DNA of 63,461 bases, counting the filler, from Folioceros fuciformis (lineage: Eukaryota), in NCBI GenBank assembly GCA_049999805.1. It is 22 parts of 22 records of this genome, joined end to end, with 100 filler letters (N's around TTAATTAATTAA, not from the genome) between each part and the next. Parts side by side here need not be neighbours in the genome. Positions count along the whole stretch, not along the records: positions 22,067 to 23,316 come from JBNGIO010006676.1; positions 23,417 to 27,604 come from JBNGIO010006677.1; positions 27,705 to 32,920 come from JBNGIO010006678.1; positions 33,021 to 34,373 come from JBNGIO010006679.1; positions 34,474 to 35,497 come from JBNGIO010006680.1; positions 35,598 to 37,557 come from JBNGIO010006681.1; 16 more parts are not named here. The stretch is one strand, 5' to 3'. The notes under the pieces were generated by a model. It worked only from the letters and a program-made list of their open reading frames with translations. It had not been told where the DNA came from and did no database searches. This document shows positions 23,135-35,654 of the stretch, piece after piece; the first letter of the stretch is position 1, and every line of letters starts with the position of its first letter. Both the position numbers and the translations under genes were made by a program.

Positions 23135-26100
23135 GCTAGGGGCAGTGAGTTAGTTACGACCGACGCGGCCTGCCAATGTCATCATGCCGATTGCGATAGA
23201 GCATGCATGGCTCACACCGGCCTCACATTTTGATCCATTTGGTCGGCCACGCAATTGGTGGTTGTACTTGGTTATGAGTAGTAAACAAAAGAAGGAAGAA
23301 GATTTCATGGAAGCAANNNNNNNNNNNNNNNNNNNNNNNNNNNNNNNNNNNNNNNNNNNNTTAATTAATTAANNNNNNNNNNNNNNNNNNNNNNNNNNNN
23401 NNNNNNNNNNNNNNNNCCCATATACTTCTTTTCTAATTTCCCTTTTCTATTTTTCTCTTATTTTTTTGGATTTAATTCCAGAAATTTTGACTCTACTCTC
23501 TCACATGCTTTCTTCCCCTCATAGTCCGGGACCTATCCCAGCGCCTCGAGATCAGTTTCCCAAGGCCAAAAAAACCATTTCGGCTAGAAGCCAATTCTGC
23601 TGAAAAAGCTGCTGATTTCAAGTCAAGGTCCGACTGCTCATCACACTTCTTCTCACCTCTTCCCTTTTCTTCTCCCATTGCTTGTACTCCGCCCATGAAG
23701 GCAGGCTCAGCCACCATGGGGAAAAATTGCAAGGGAAGGCTTTGAGGGTAGCCATCCAGCAAGAAAGAGGTGGTGTCCGCAAGATCTTTGAAGATCCAGC
23801 ATCGTTCAAGGTCTCAGGATAGTTTAATTGGTGGTGGATACTTATGGTGGTAGGGTCAGCAAGTTGTCGGGCTAGCTCATCAATATTGGCGGCAGGACGT
23901 GCCAGGAAAGTCTAAATAAGTGGCTAGTGATAGTTGGCTAGGCTAGTTGTCTTATTAAAGTAATAATTGTCAAGCTAGAGAGAGGTGAGGTAAGAGAGAG
24001 AGGCTCCTATAAGATAGAGTGAGCCCCTAGGAGGCAGGGTGTTACTTTATGATTTTTCTTGGGCTGCCCCTGCTTGGATACAGCAGTGTGTGTCGGCTAT
24101 GCATGTGTGCAGCGTCTGGCAAAGCTTTGAGAAGTAGTGACCATGGTTAAGGGCTGGGTCCCTTTAATTCTTGATCGTGCTCTTCGTGTCGTGCCCCATG
24201 ATCTGTCATAATTGTTTCCTCGCAGGGCTGGAGTGAGTGTTGACCATGCTTGCATGGTATCCAGTAGGATGGTGGGTGGCGGCATGCTCCTCTTTGGAGT
24301 TAGTCTAGTGACTTTTGCCGAGTGGGGGAGTCAAGACGGAAGCGTAGAAGGTAGTGGTGTTGTTGCTGGTTACTGGTGCTGGTACTGGTGCTGGAGAGAG
24401 TGAGTGAGGGAAGTCGCAGATCTGAGAGGTTAATGTCATCGTACTGACTGGAGTACATTTGTGGGCACCGAGAGAGGTGTAGTTGACTGCTAGACAGCGA
24501 GGACTGTCCCATGTCTGATCAGAGCTGGAGGCGAGTCTTCGAATCCGTCATCGAGTCGATTGAGTCCGACCCTCCATCCATAGTAGTGAGGAACTCCATC
24601 GCTCCTTCGTGGGAACAAAACCCTATGTTTCAACGATAGTGGCATAAGTGTAGCCACTAAAGGTTGAACTCGTTGGCAATCAGTGCTCGGGGTTTTGCCG
24701 CCACACTAGGAAACATTGTTTGACTTAGCACACCTACCACCTTGGGAAGGTCCTATTACTGAACCACCTACGAAGAAAGAGGGGAATATACCTACGAATG
24801 GTGGAGGGGGACAGTTGGAGAAAGGAGGACCTACTACGGAAGGAAAAGGATGAGAAGAGGCACAAGAGACAATAGAGGGCAAAACGGTACAAACAAAGAC
24901 TAAGCCTACAGGCGCCGATTGTGGTCCTAAGCGTTTGGAAGGAGAAAATCAGGGATTGAAGAAAGACATCCAGCTGATGCATCCAACTATCTTGGAGGCT
25001 CGAGGGGTAGAGGATCTTCCTATGCCAAGTGATTCAGACCCAACCAGACCTCCTATAGTGGCATCCAAGGAAGTGAAGGACCCCTTTTCCAAAGAAATCA
25101 CGTTTGCAGAACCCCGAGAGACAATAGCAAGGAGATTAGGAGGAGGAAGCAATGAGAGGATAGCGTTTGCCTACACAATGGCTAGAGGAGGAGGATAGCT
25201 TGGCTGTGAGTGACAATTTGATCTCTAGATATAGAAATAGCCAATTGCCTCTTAGTTAGACGAGATACTTAATAGATTGCTTTTTGGTTTTGCTTTAATT
25301 ACACCATCGGTGCCTAGGTACCTAGCCTAGAATAGATAGCAGGCTAGGTGTTGAGAAAGAGTTTGTTGTGGCGTTTTCAAACTTGGTTGTAGAGCCCTTT
25401 CGATGCTGAAGGATTTCTCAGAAATGAAGGATTCCATCCTTTATTATGAGACATTGAGCTCTTCTCTTCTAACTTCTTGTCGATCATGTTGTTTTGTTTC
25501 TGACACTAGAGACAACCACTTGCTCACAGCGATAGACTAGGGAAACCTACAATGATAGTGGGTGTGGCCACTCAGCAAAGTTCCTCGGGGTTTGGGGATC
25601 TTAAGCAACCACATATATCATGTGCATAATTTTGTCTCAATTTCTGTAATTTTTGCCTATGTAATTTCTGCAACTTGGTGGACTCACAATAATTATACTC
25701 TTGAGTACAAGCTTGGAAGATGTTGAGGAGATTCAAAGCATGGCCACATGTACTACTACAAGTGTTCTTTCATCTATTATTGCCCACGTTGCTCAATGAC
25801 CGACCATCGATAGGATTCCCAAGACAATGGAATGTGTAAAACTACATGATTTCTTCATCTTGACTAATCATTGCCCAGGTAGCTTACAATGAGATATGCC
25901 TAGTTAATTGGCTTTTCTTGACAGCATGAGACTCATTGTTGTACTCAGTGCAAATGTCGGGCCCAAAAATTATGGTCCTGGAAAGGATATTTTTTGGAAT
26001 GTCAATTTTTGCAAAATTGTGTAACAGTCCGAAAATAGCGTCGGATCGGCGGTTCCGTTTCGGGCCGGCGTGGTTTCTGGACTAGGTCCGTTGTGACACC

Positions 26101-26780
26101 GGACTATATTCACATCCGAGAACCCGAGTACAACCCGGATCGGGCTGCATTTTCCAGTCCGGGATAACCAAATTCGTCCGGACTCGGAGCTGACCTGGTC
26201 ACCGGAGGCAGCTCCGGATGTCGACTTCCGGACTCGGGCCAGGGGCTGGAGACGGTTGGTTTGCTGCTGGAGATGAGCCTGGTTCGCATGGACTACTACA
26301 GAGAGTCGTCTAAAGCGGGCCAGACGATGAAGCGAGCAGGCCCGTTGATCAGGAGATGTGGAGTGGAGGCTGGCGATGCTCTTCCATACCGGATACATCC
26401 TGCAATTGAAATGAGTAGCCCCGGGGCCTGCTGACTCTGCGATTTCAGGTGAGCTGTGGACCGGAGTGGTCACACGACAGTGGGTGGTAGGATCCGGAGG
26501 CCTTGAATGAGCTGTGGGAGTCGTACCTCTGAAGATGGTCGATGCCGGACGCGTATGGTTGAGGGCATGGACTTGATAACCTTGTGGTGAGGACACAGTC
26601 AGTGTTCGAGGTCTTTTGCTGACGGCGCAGTCGTGGGCTATCTGTGAGGAGGGCATTGGATGCGCTCTGAGGCAAACGTCCTTGTGATGACGTACGATGG
26701 CGTGGTGACATCGTGATCAGGGGTATTGGATATTTGCTGCCTGTGCTGTGCAGTAGATCGTGGGACGCGATAGTTGGGTG

Positions 26781-27145
26781 GTGTGGTTCAAGGCCGGGTT
26801 GCAGATCTTTACCGATGGGGGCATGGACTATCTTGGCAACTTGTCCTTGGTGCATGCTCAAAGCATCTTGGTTATCTGGGCTGTTCAGGTTGTGCCCATG
26901 GGAGGGGCTGAGGTGTACCGCATCAACGGGCTCAACGGCGTCGGAATTGGCGAGGCAAGTATTCCAACCCCTTGGGTCTTGCCGACGACCCCGAGGTTGC
27001 CACGGAACTGAAGGTGAAGGAGATCGAGGACAGCCGTCTCGCCTTCATGTTCGGCTTCTTCGTCTTGGCCATCGTAACCGGGAAGGGCCCGCTGGAAAAC
27101 CTTCAGGATCACCTCGACAACCCCGTGGCCGACAATGCCTGGAGC
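26781..27145 (+). pseudogene. Lhcb3: Lhcb3-like chlorophyll a/b-binding protein fragment
   Basis: [47 protein letters not shown] and [20 protein letters not shown]. It is 5'-truncated and has internal deletions and a frameshift. Confidence 0.88.
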
Positions 27146-27704
27146 AAGCTTGGTGAGAGCTGGCGAACGACCCAAGGACAGGCGCGGTGAGTGCCAAATG
27201 TGGGGTGGATCAGGCCATGCAGCGGCTGCGGCAAATGGGAGGAAGGCAAGAGGCGGCCCTACCGGTGCTCGCTCTCCTACCCCTGGGCGCATTTTTCGAT
27301 TTCGGGTCCGGCGAGGAGCAGCAGGACGGACCGCTCACCACATACATCGTTGCTCTGCTCACGATTAGAGATGCGGACGATCCTGCCAAGATGTTTTTTT
27401 TGCCCTGGGACCCGACGGCGAACACCTGCCTCTGATCGGGATGAAGTGCAATGCGCAGAACAGGTGGATGCAGGAGATACTACGAAAAGCAGAGGCTGGC
27501 ACGGGACCTGGAGCTCCGAGGGCAAGAACAGATGCAAATGCGGGCCGGCGGGTGTTTACGGTGCCAAGAGCGCAACTGGATCTCGAGCCTGTACAGTGGT
27601 CCTGNNNNNNNNNNNNNNNNNNNNNNNNNNNNNNNNNNNNNNNNNNNNTTAATTAATTAANNNNNNNNNNNNNNNNNNNNNNNNNNNNNNNNNNNNNNNN
27701 NNNN

Positions 27705-28190
27705 GAAATGGCCGCCCGGGCTTACGACGTGGCCGCGCTCAGCCTCAAGGGCCCCGATGCGCTGCTCAATTTTCCGGAATCCCGCCCGTCGCTGCCCCGG
27801 CCTGCGTCTGTGTCGCCCAAGTCCATCCAGGCCACGGCTGCGCGGTACGCGTACGCGTACGCAGCGGCGATGCTGCCGGGCGTCGACATCGCCGGGCTGG
27901 AGTCTGAGGCTCGTGCTGCTGGCAACGGGCCCAGTACTTCACGGGCGCGGGAACGGGGTCGGGACCGGGATAGGGAGCGCGACTCGGAGCCGCAGCAGCG
28001 GCAGGAGGAGGAGGAGGAGCAGCAGCAGCAGCAGGACCAGCCCGCGTACCTGGACGAGGACCTCATTTTCGACATGCACAATGTGCTCAAGGCGATGGCC
28101 CAGGCAATGCTGCTGGAGCCCGAGCCCAGCCCACTCCCGCCCGAGCCTGAGGACGACGACACCGCTTGGGACCCTGCATTGTGGGATTGA
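27705..28190 (+). CDS. AP2/ERF transcription factor, DREB-type, 3' part
   Basis: End of the AP2 domain [22 protein letters not shown], then [26 protein letters not shown] and a terminal LWD. Confidence 0.92.
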   Translation, partial: EMAARAYDVAALSLKGPDALLNFPESRPSLPRPASVSPKSIQATAARYAYAYAAAMLPGVDIAGLESEARAAGNGPSTSRARERGRDRDRERDSEPQQRQEEEEEQQQQQDQPAYLDEDLIFDMHNVLKAMAQAMLLEPEPSPLPPEPEDDDTAWDPALWD

Positions 28191-30612
28191 TACGGCCTTC
28201 GGAATTTTTCCTCCACTGCTGCCAGTACCGGTACCGGTAACGGTACCGATGCTGGTGTGAGCTGCAAGCTCAGCCTGAATTGATTCGTCGTGAGCAGCAA
28301 GGAATGGCGCGCCCAGGAATTCAACGATCACTTCCTGCCTGGGATTCCCACTTCCCGGCTCTCACCATCTCGTGACGCCAATCATGGCGTTGCCAGGGTT
28401 GCTGCGTACCACCGAACTCTGCTTTGGAAGTGCGGTGCCACCTATTTGCATGCATGTGGTTGGTGTGGACCTACAGTAGACTAGTAGTAGAAGCATTGGC
28501 AGTGTTGTAGGTCCCCTGGGGTCGGTCTTGTACCCGCCCTGCGCCTGCTTGTGGGCACCACACGCTCAATCAGTAGCTTCCGATTCCTTTGTGTTTGCGG
28601 AATCTCTTACACACTTGTTTGGCTTTGCCTAAGCAAGCGTTTTACAAATATCAACAACCATGGAATGCCCCTTGTGTCTCTCTGCCAGCCACAGGTTGTG
28701 AAACCGTTCACTATGGGGCAACAGCCGCCATGGTGTCAACTGTATGCAGGTGAACAGGAAAAGATACAGTACCCCCATCCCTCCCGCCCTCTCCTCTTGC
28801 GCACCTTCTGCCAGGCTGACACATCGGATTCTCGCGCAATCTATGCACTGAGTCGACGGAATGGGGTGGAGGGAGATATTTCAAAATCTGCTCACTAACA
28901 GCAACCGGAGCAGGCTGGTTCACCGTATCATGGGGATTGTGTACTTTATGACTGCCCACGACGCGCTGCCTAAGCTATATTACTCCATCCACTCCCTCCC
29001 TCTAAGCGCCCCATCCAAGTACATTCTGTACCCAACCAAACCCAACCTCATGTGTTACAACCATGGGGCTGGAAGGCATCTCTTTGGGCGGGAGGCACCG
29101 TAACGCGGGAGACAGGGAAGGTAGGACCCCTCTCAGATCTGCTGTTGCGTATGAGGCTGCGTGTCAAATTCTCTGGGCCCGGGGCGTGTTGTCCACAGCC
29201 TAATCATATACAATAGCTTGTCTGATGAAGTCGGGGAAGGCCTGGACGATTTGCTCCAGCCATACCCTGCTTGAAGGAGTTCGGGTCTATGATCTTGGGG
29301 CCCCGTTTGGATGCACGCATGGCCAGGACATCGCCTACAGCGAAGTGAGGGTGATGGTCTTCACGTGCCATTGCAGCTCCCTGCATTTGTGGCCAGTGAG
29401 TCGCAGAGATTCAAGACTTTGCCTTTGGAAGACCCAGCGAACTTGGGGATCCCCCAGATGCAACCATCTGCCGACTACGGAACGGAGGAAACCGCGTCTT
29501 AAGAAGCTGTCATATACCCGGGCAGGCTCATCAACCACCGTGCAGGATCCAATGACCGTGCAGAGACTGCCAACATGAATGCTGTGAGCTTAAAGGATTG
29601 GGTCTGAGGGTGGTCCCATCCTCCAGCCCCACTTCCGTGTGGCCTCCGCAAGCTGAATCCTGCATGATAGACACCGCCTTGGAGATAGGGGCGCGAACCG
29701 TTTCATCAGGGATAGACGTACAAGGGGTTTCAGGATATCATTTCGACGCACATTCCCCGAACTTCATGTCGCCCGCCAGCACAGTGGAGGCTGAGGCTGT
29801 GGACTGAACCAATGCCTTCACAGTAGTCATATGACCTCGCAATGTCAAGGCCACCAGTCAATGTCCCCAGAACGTTCCATCCAGCTGCAGGTAAGTCTTC
29901 GCCCACATTCGCAGAAGGTGCAGCTGTAGTGGAGTGCCTCAGAGTTGGTCTGTGTGTGTCAGACGGCAACGTCCCTGATTGCTCTTCACGACGGTGCAAA
30001 GCTACTGCACCGGTGGCTCACAGGTCTTGAGAAATATGAAATCAAATTTTTTGGTTGCGTGCTTGACAGGGGAAAGACAGCACCTGCCATACGCGAGTGC
30101 AGAAGAAAGCACAGATCGATGTAGTTAGACTTAAGGCGTTGGGCAGGTTGAGCATTGAGCACATCCACCAGGCCGAGCCTCTTAGCCACTTAGTCGTCCG
30201 AACGACTATTGCTCTTGGGCTGTGCCAAACACAATTCAAAAGGAGACCCTTAGCCTTGTTAAGTGGAGATCGGCATGCTTTTCGATGTCTGGATGCATCT
30301 CAGTCCCACTTCTGTGCAACCAAGCTTGAAGTTTCAAGTGCAGCATGCAATGGACAATTGGACCGAACTTGGACCAGTCACTGTGAGAACCGCAACCAGT
30401 TCCTGTAGCCGGGATGCATGCGGCGCCCGGTTGAAGCCACGCAACCTGGGACAACTGAAGTGGACCTCCATTGCCAGGTCCAGTGCATTGATTTAGCCTT
30501 CCCTCCAACTTCAAATGGACCTCTGCAGCTCCTTGCAAGCTTCGACAAAATACTCTGTTGGAGCAGCATCCGTTTATGCTGTACTGAGTGTTGGCACTTC
30601 ATCGTTGAAGCG

Positions 30613-32174
30613 ATGACTTCGAAATGGGCACTTGCACTGGCCCTGGCCTTGTCCTTCGTGTGTGCTGCACTGGCCCTGAGAGCCGAGCTGCAGCTGGAGG
30701 AGCCTCGGGAGATTCTGCGAACGGATGGAGGCCGCGTTGAGCTTGGTCCAACATCAAGGTCCTAAGGGGTGCCAATCTTGCTGCTGCCAGGGTCACTATA
30801 AGGCAGCGCGGTCTTGTGCTGCCCCAGTACGCCGATTCTGCTCGCATCGCATAGGTTGAGGATTGTGAGTCCAGACTGTTCACGACTGCAGTGCTGCAGT
30901 CATAATTCGAATAACCCTAGACCAACAGGCCTAGCATTGAGAGGTAGCTTGTGTTGATATACATAAACTTTGCAGGCGAGGGATACGCTGGAATCCTTAC
31001 CGGATCTTGCTGGGAGGATCCTCCAACGTGAGGCGTGTAAGGCGTGGTGACATTGTGGCCGTGCCTCGCGGTGTTAGTTTCTGGTGTTACAATTCTGGCA
31101 ACCGCGACCTCCGGGTCCTTGGCCTTGCAGATACCTCTACATCCCTCTCTGCAGGCAAACCCAGAGTAAGCTGTTGAAGCCGGCATGATTCCCCATTTTG
31201 CAGCCATTTGCGTCTCCCTGTCGAGGCGGTTCACGCTGATGAGGCATGCATTGTAAACGTGTGGCGCAGGGATTCTTCTTGATCGGTGGAGGCCGGAAGG
31301 GAGGCGAAGAGGAGAAGGGCCAGCAGTATACAGGCATTCTGCACGGATTCCGTAGGGAGTTCCTGGCCGAAGCCTGGGATGTGGATGAGAGGCAGGTGGA
31401 TGACTTTCTCAACCGACAACAGGGCGCGGGTATCGTGCTGGCAGAGCGCGAGATCAGAATCCCAGAGTCCTTCAACGCAGTCGAGGGCGGACAGCGAGAC
31501 AGCGCTAGCCAAGCCCACTTCCGCGAGCACATCCATGGCGATTTCGTGTACAACATTCGTGAGGGCTCCCCCGAGGTTCGCGTTCGTGATGCTGGCATCT
31601 TCAACAGCGCCAACAGATTCAAGCTCCCCATCTTGAGGAACTTCAACTTGGGTGCCACCTTCGGCCGTCTGGAGAGTGTATGAGCCTTCCACGAAACTCA
31701 TCAAATCTGAGCCTTTGTCTCATGGCGTTCACTGCAGTTGTACCTGTCCGATGTCCTCTGATGGGCGTGCATTATACGGTGTGCTTGGTATCTGACCTGG
31801 CCCCCCAGTGGAACGTGAACGGGCATGCTATTCTCCTTGTCCTTGAAGGCAATGGTGAGCTGGAAATTGCGGGCAACCACGGTGAAAGTTTAGTGAGCCA
31901 GGAGGTGAACGAAGGTGATGCCTACGCAGTTCCTCGCTTCTACCCACACGGCATCAGGGCTGGACACAAAGGGCTAGAGTGGGTTGCCTTCCACACCACA
32001 GACCAGTAAGCCTTCTCCCCTGCTTTTCCAGACCAGTTCTTCAGTCCATTATTCTGCTGCCCGGGTACTGAGCAATTGGATTGGTGCATTTGCAGGCCAT
32101 TGGTTGAAGCTCTCGCCGGTAGGACCTCGGCGTACAAGAAGCTTCCTGAGGAAGTGGCAGCAGCAGAGAAATAA
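30613..32174 (+). pseudogene. 11S-globulin/legumin-like bicupin, disrupted
   Basis: Signal peptide, TDGGRVE, RGLVLPQYADS, FRREFLAEAWDV, APQWNVNGH and EGDAYAVPRFYP. Frameshift near 30746 and TAG near 30851. Confidence 0.78.
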
Positions 32175-32213
32175 GGAAGAGGTGGCAGAGGGAATCCATC
32201 AACCTCCCGGCAC

Positions 32214-32284
32214 GCGGTCGTGGTCGCCAATTTTAGATTCTGCTTGTGCGGTCGTGGTCGCCAATTTTAGATTCTGCTTGTGCG
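32214..32284. repeat. 34-bp tandem duplication
   Basis: GCGGTCGTGGTCGCCAATTTTAGATTCTGCTTGT twice. Confidence 0.9.
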
Positions 32285-32825
32285 TTCAGGCGATAGGCTT
32301 GTAGTAGCAAGCAACAACTCTACCGGAGGCATCACCCTTCTGGGTCGTGTTCAACTCTACATATTGCCTCACGCCTATGGGATGCCAAACCGGCCACTCT
32401 CTCTCTCCACGTTTTATATTATTTTTCCCGGGGTTTGTATCAGGATATTCCTCTTAGATGCTACAATTCACAATGTCCGGTTTGGGCATCCAACCAAACA
32501 GATACCGCACCAAACCGGACACGTAAGTCATGAATACCAACGCAAACACCACGTCAACTTAGAGTTTACAGTTGGCGGCGGTGCCCTGTTCTTTGCAACG
32601 CATGCATGCCTTTCTCTCGATCGCGATGCAACGGTGTCCATGCGATTGCGATTATGATGGCCAACATTCAGACAACACGCGTCCGCTAGGGCGTACATGA
32701 ACAGCTCCCCCTATGGCATGCCGGGGACACGCCCCCTCCCCGCGTACCCGCGTAAGGGGACACTCTCTCACTATACTTTTTACTTTTTTTCAAAGGGGAC
32801 ATTTTCTCACTATACTTTTAGGATG

Positions 32826-32911
32826 GATGGCAGGAAGGGACTAGATGGCAGGAAGGGGCTAGATGGCAGGAAAGGGGCTTAGATGGCAGGAAGGGGCTTA
32901 GATGGCAGGAA
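32826..32911. repeat. 18-20-bp minisatellite x5
   Basis: GATGGCAGGAAGGGGCT(T)A units. Confidence 0.9.
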
Positions 32912-34082
32912 TCTGCTGAGNNNNNNNNNNNNNNNNNNNNNNNNNNNNNNNNNNNNNNNNNNNNTTAATTAATTAANNNNNNNNNNNNNNNNNNNNNNNN
33001 NNNNNNNNNNNNNNNNNNNNCAAGAGGACACAGCAGGGGCAGGGTAGGCTGATAAGCGCAGCCACGCTGTAAGCAAGTGGAGAAAGGCACGAAAGCCCTG
33101 CCTTCCCTTTCCGCTCTTTCTGCCTCAGATCCAAAACGGGACCGAACCACGGCCGGACTGGACCGGCTAGCGAAACCTGGCGTGTAAGATGAGTCTTCGA
33201 AACTCGAGATTCGTCATGAACGATGTAAAGAGTTAAGAAATGCTATCACGAAGGTTCGTAAATGACTCATATTTTTAAGCTTGTTCCTTAACCCCACAAG
33301 GCCTAAGCCAATTTCCGCGCATTTTGGGCTTTAACAGTTACATCACATAATCGAATTAAAAAAGAATCTGATGGCTTTTTTTTCTGTTTACTAAAATTAC
33401 AATCAACTTTAAAGAATCTGATGACTTTTTCCTCTTCACCATAATTACTCTCAACTTTACACAATTTGATGCTAGCCTAATCCCTTCTCTTCCCCAATTT
33501 GAAGAGCATAGATTACGTTTGACATTCCTAAGAGTCTCCCAATCTTGAATGGACAACAGACCGCAATACGAGTTTCAAGGCCATGTGTTATGGCTTCACC
33601 AAATCGTAGGCCTTAGGGCTGATTAGTGATGATGGATGTCAAGAGGTTTGATCCATTAATCATGGTGAGCTGATCACACTGTTGGCCTCCTTGAGAAATT
33701 GAGGTAGGAGTCAAGAGTTTGGAGACTACAAGAGTGAGTAGGCCCCTTCCTATACTACTTCAGAAGGATCTAGTGGAACCAATGCGTCATGGTAGATCTT
33801 GAAGCAGTTTAATGGAAAAAGAACTCCCTCACTATTCAAACAATTTGGAATCTTGTTGACAACTATAGTATCAACAGAAGCAATTGGAACCAGCAACTAG
33901 TGCAATGAAGGGCAAATCCGACTAATGGCATAGCATCCATGAATAACCTGAGTTCCAAACAGCCATAGAACCATTCGAGTACAGGTGCAAAGGGGGGAGG
34001 GACATTGAAGACAAGTCCAAAGCTACAAGTGTCTTTCATCTATACATTACTAAAAAGTTTAGGAAATGCTACTATGAGGTGA

Positions 34083-34373
34083 CCACCCCGTCGTCGCTTG
34101 GATCTAGCAAGGAATACAATGTTGACATTGTCCCTAAGGTTTGTCTTACTTTTGACTGATGTGTGTCGGGAGATTATGTATGCAGATGCTTGCTTGTTTT
34201 TCAATTCTCCTTGTAAGTTTCCCCACATGTACTTTGTTTCCACTTTGGTCATCTTACCCATAATCTCTCTATCCTGTGTAATTCATGATGGCAAATGGAA
34301 CGCTGAGAAGGTTCTAATCCACACTAATGTGACCAAGTATCTTTCATTCAAAGCTGTAGATGGCAGCTATGTC
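34083..34373 (+). pseudogene. Truncated, frameshifted duplicate of Rab-GDI exons, with its intron
   Basis: Highly similar to about 35206-35497. 1-nt deletions and a damaged splice acceptor. Confidence 0.85.
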
Positions 34374-35015
34374 NNNNNNNNNNNNNNNNNNNNNNNNNNN
34401 NNNNNNNNNNNNNNNNNTTAATTAATTAANNNNNNNNNNNNNNNNNNNNNNNNNNNNNNNNNNNNNNNNNNNNAGATGAATGTGAGCCAGTTCCTCCTGT
34501 GCTGCCCGCCCTCCGATTGGTGGAGATCGCAATTTCCTGGTGTTCTGTCGCCATCTCGGGTGCCGGGCTCCGCTAGAAGCCCTGTTTGGGCTGGCTGTGG
34601 GTGGGGGAATGAGTGGATCGTGGGTGGTAGGGCAAGCCGACGGTTTTCTCAAACCTGTACTGGTGGCGGAGACGGGCTCTGTGCCTCATCTTGTGTGAGC
34701 GCTTTCCAGGGCCCACCTCTTGGTAACCGGTGATGGCACCAGATGGCTGAATTGGTTGGTGAACTCCGTGCAAAGGTCTCGCTTCGTGCTGATTTTGGGT
34801 TTTCGCGAAGAAGTGATCAAATTAGTTGTATTGGCGGGGATCTCTCGTTCGCCTCTCCGGCTGGTGGCCCAGACACCGGTTACTTGATCTTCGTACATGG
34901 AGAATGAAGTGCTGGCAATGTCGTATGAGACTTGAGGTCCATTGACACTGAAGTTTGGTTGTAGCTGCGATAAGGTGATTCGGAGGTTGACCATGCTGAT
35001 TGGTGTTTGCTGTAG

Positions 35016-35497
35016 GTTTTGCACATGGACAGGAATGACTACTACGGAGGCGCCTCTGCGTCCCTTACTCTCAATCAGGTGAGGTGTGCTGGTGGTTTTC
35101 TCGGTGTCGACTGCCGAGAGCTCTTTCGGTCTCACTTGATTCCACTCGGTGAAACTGAGAGACATGACATTTGCAGCTATGGAGTAAGTTTAGGAATGGA
35201 GAGAAACCACCCCCGTCGCTTGGATCTAGCAAGGAATACAATGTTGACATGGTCCCTAAGGTTTGTCTCACTTTTGACTGATGTGTGTCGGGTGATTATG
35301 TACGCAGGATGCTTGTTTGTTTTTCAATTCTCCCTGTAAGTTTCCCCGCATGTACTTTGTTTCCAGTTTGGTCGTCTTACCCATGATTCCTCTATACTGT
35401 GCAGTTCATGATGGCAAATGGAACGCTGGTGAAGGTTCTGATCCACACTGATGTGACCAAGTATCTTTCATTCAAAGCTGTAGATGGCAGCTATGTC
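35016..35497 (+). CDS. GDI: Rab GDP-dissociation inhibitor, internal exons 35016-35078, 35177-35260 and 35405-35497
   Basis: [21 protein letters not shown] / [15 protein letters not shown] / [31 protein letters not shown], with GT-AG introns. Confidence 0.93.
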
Positions 35498-35654
35498 NNN
35501 NNNNNNNNNNNNNNNNNNNNNNNNNNNNNNNNNNNNNNNNNTTAATTAATTAANNNNNNNNNNNNNNNNNNNNNNNNNNNNNNNNNNNNNNNNNNNNCCA
35601 ACTGAAAGAGGAACTTGGCTCCTAGGTCGCCGGAGTCAGTGGCCCCTTTCTAGG

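Noticed and set aside
14413-23316. TBP-like copies as inverted repeats flanking the PPO locus
   Set aside because: They sit on separate contigs; order and orientation across spacers are arbitrary.
23417-25960. Possible gypsy LTR/gag remnant
   Set aside because: It looks repeat-like, but I could not identify a PBS, termini or a protein motif.
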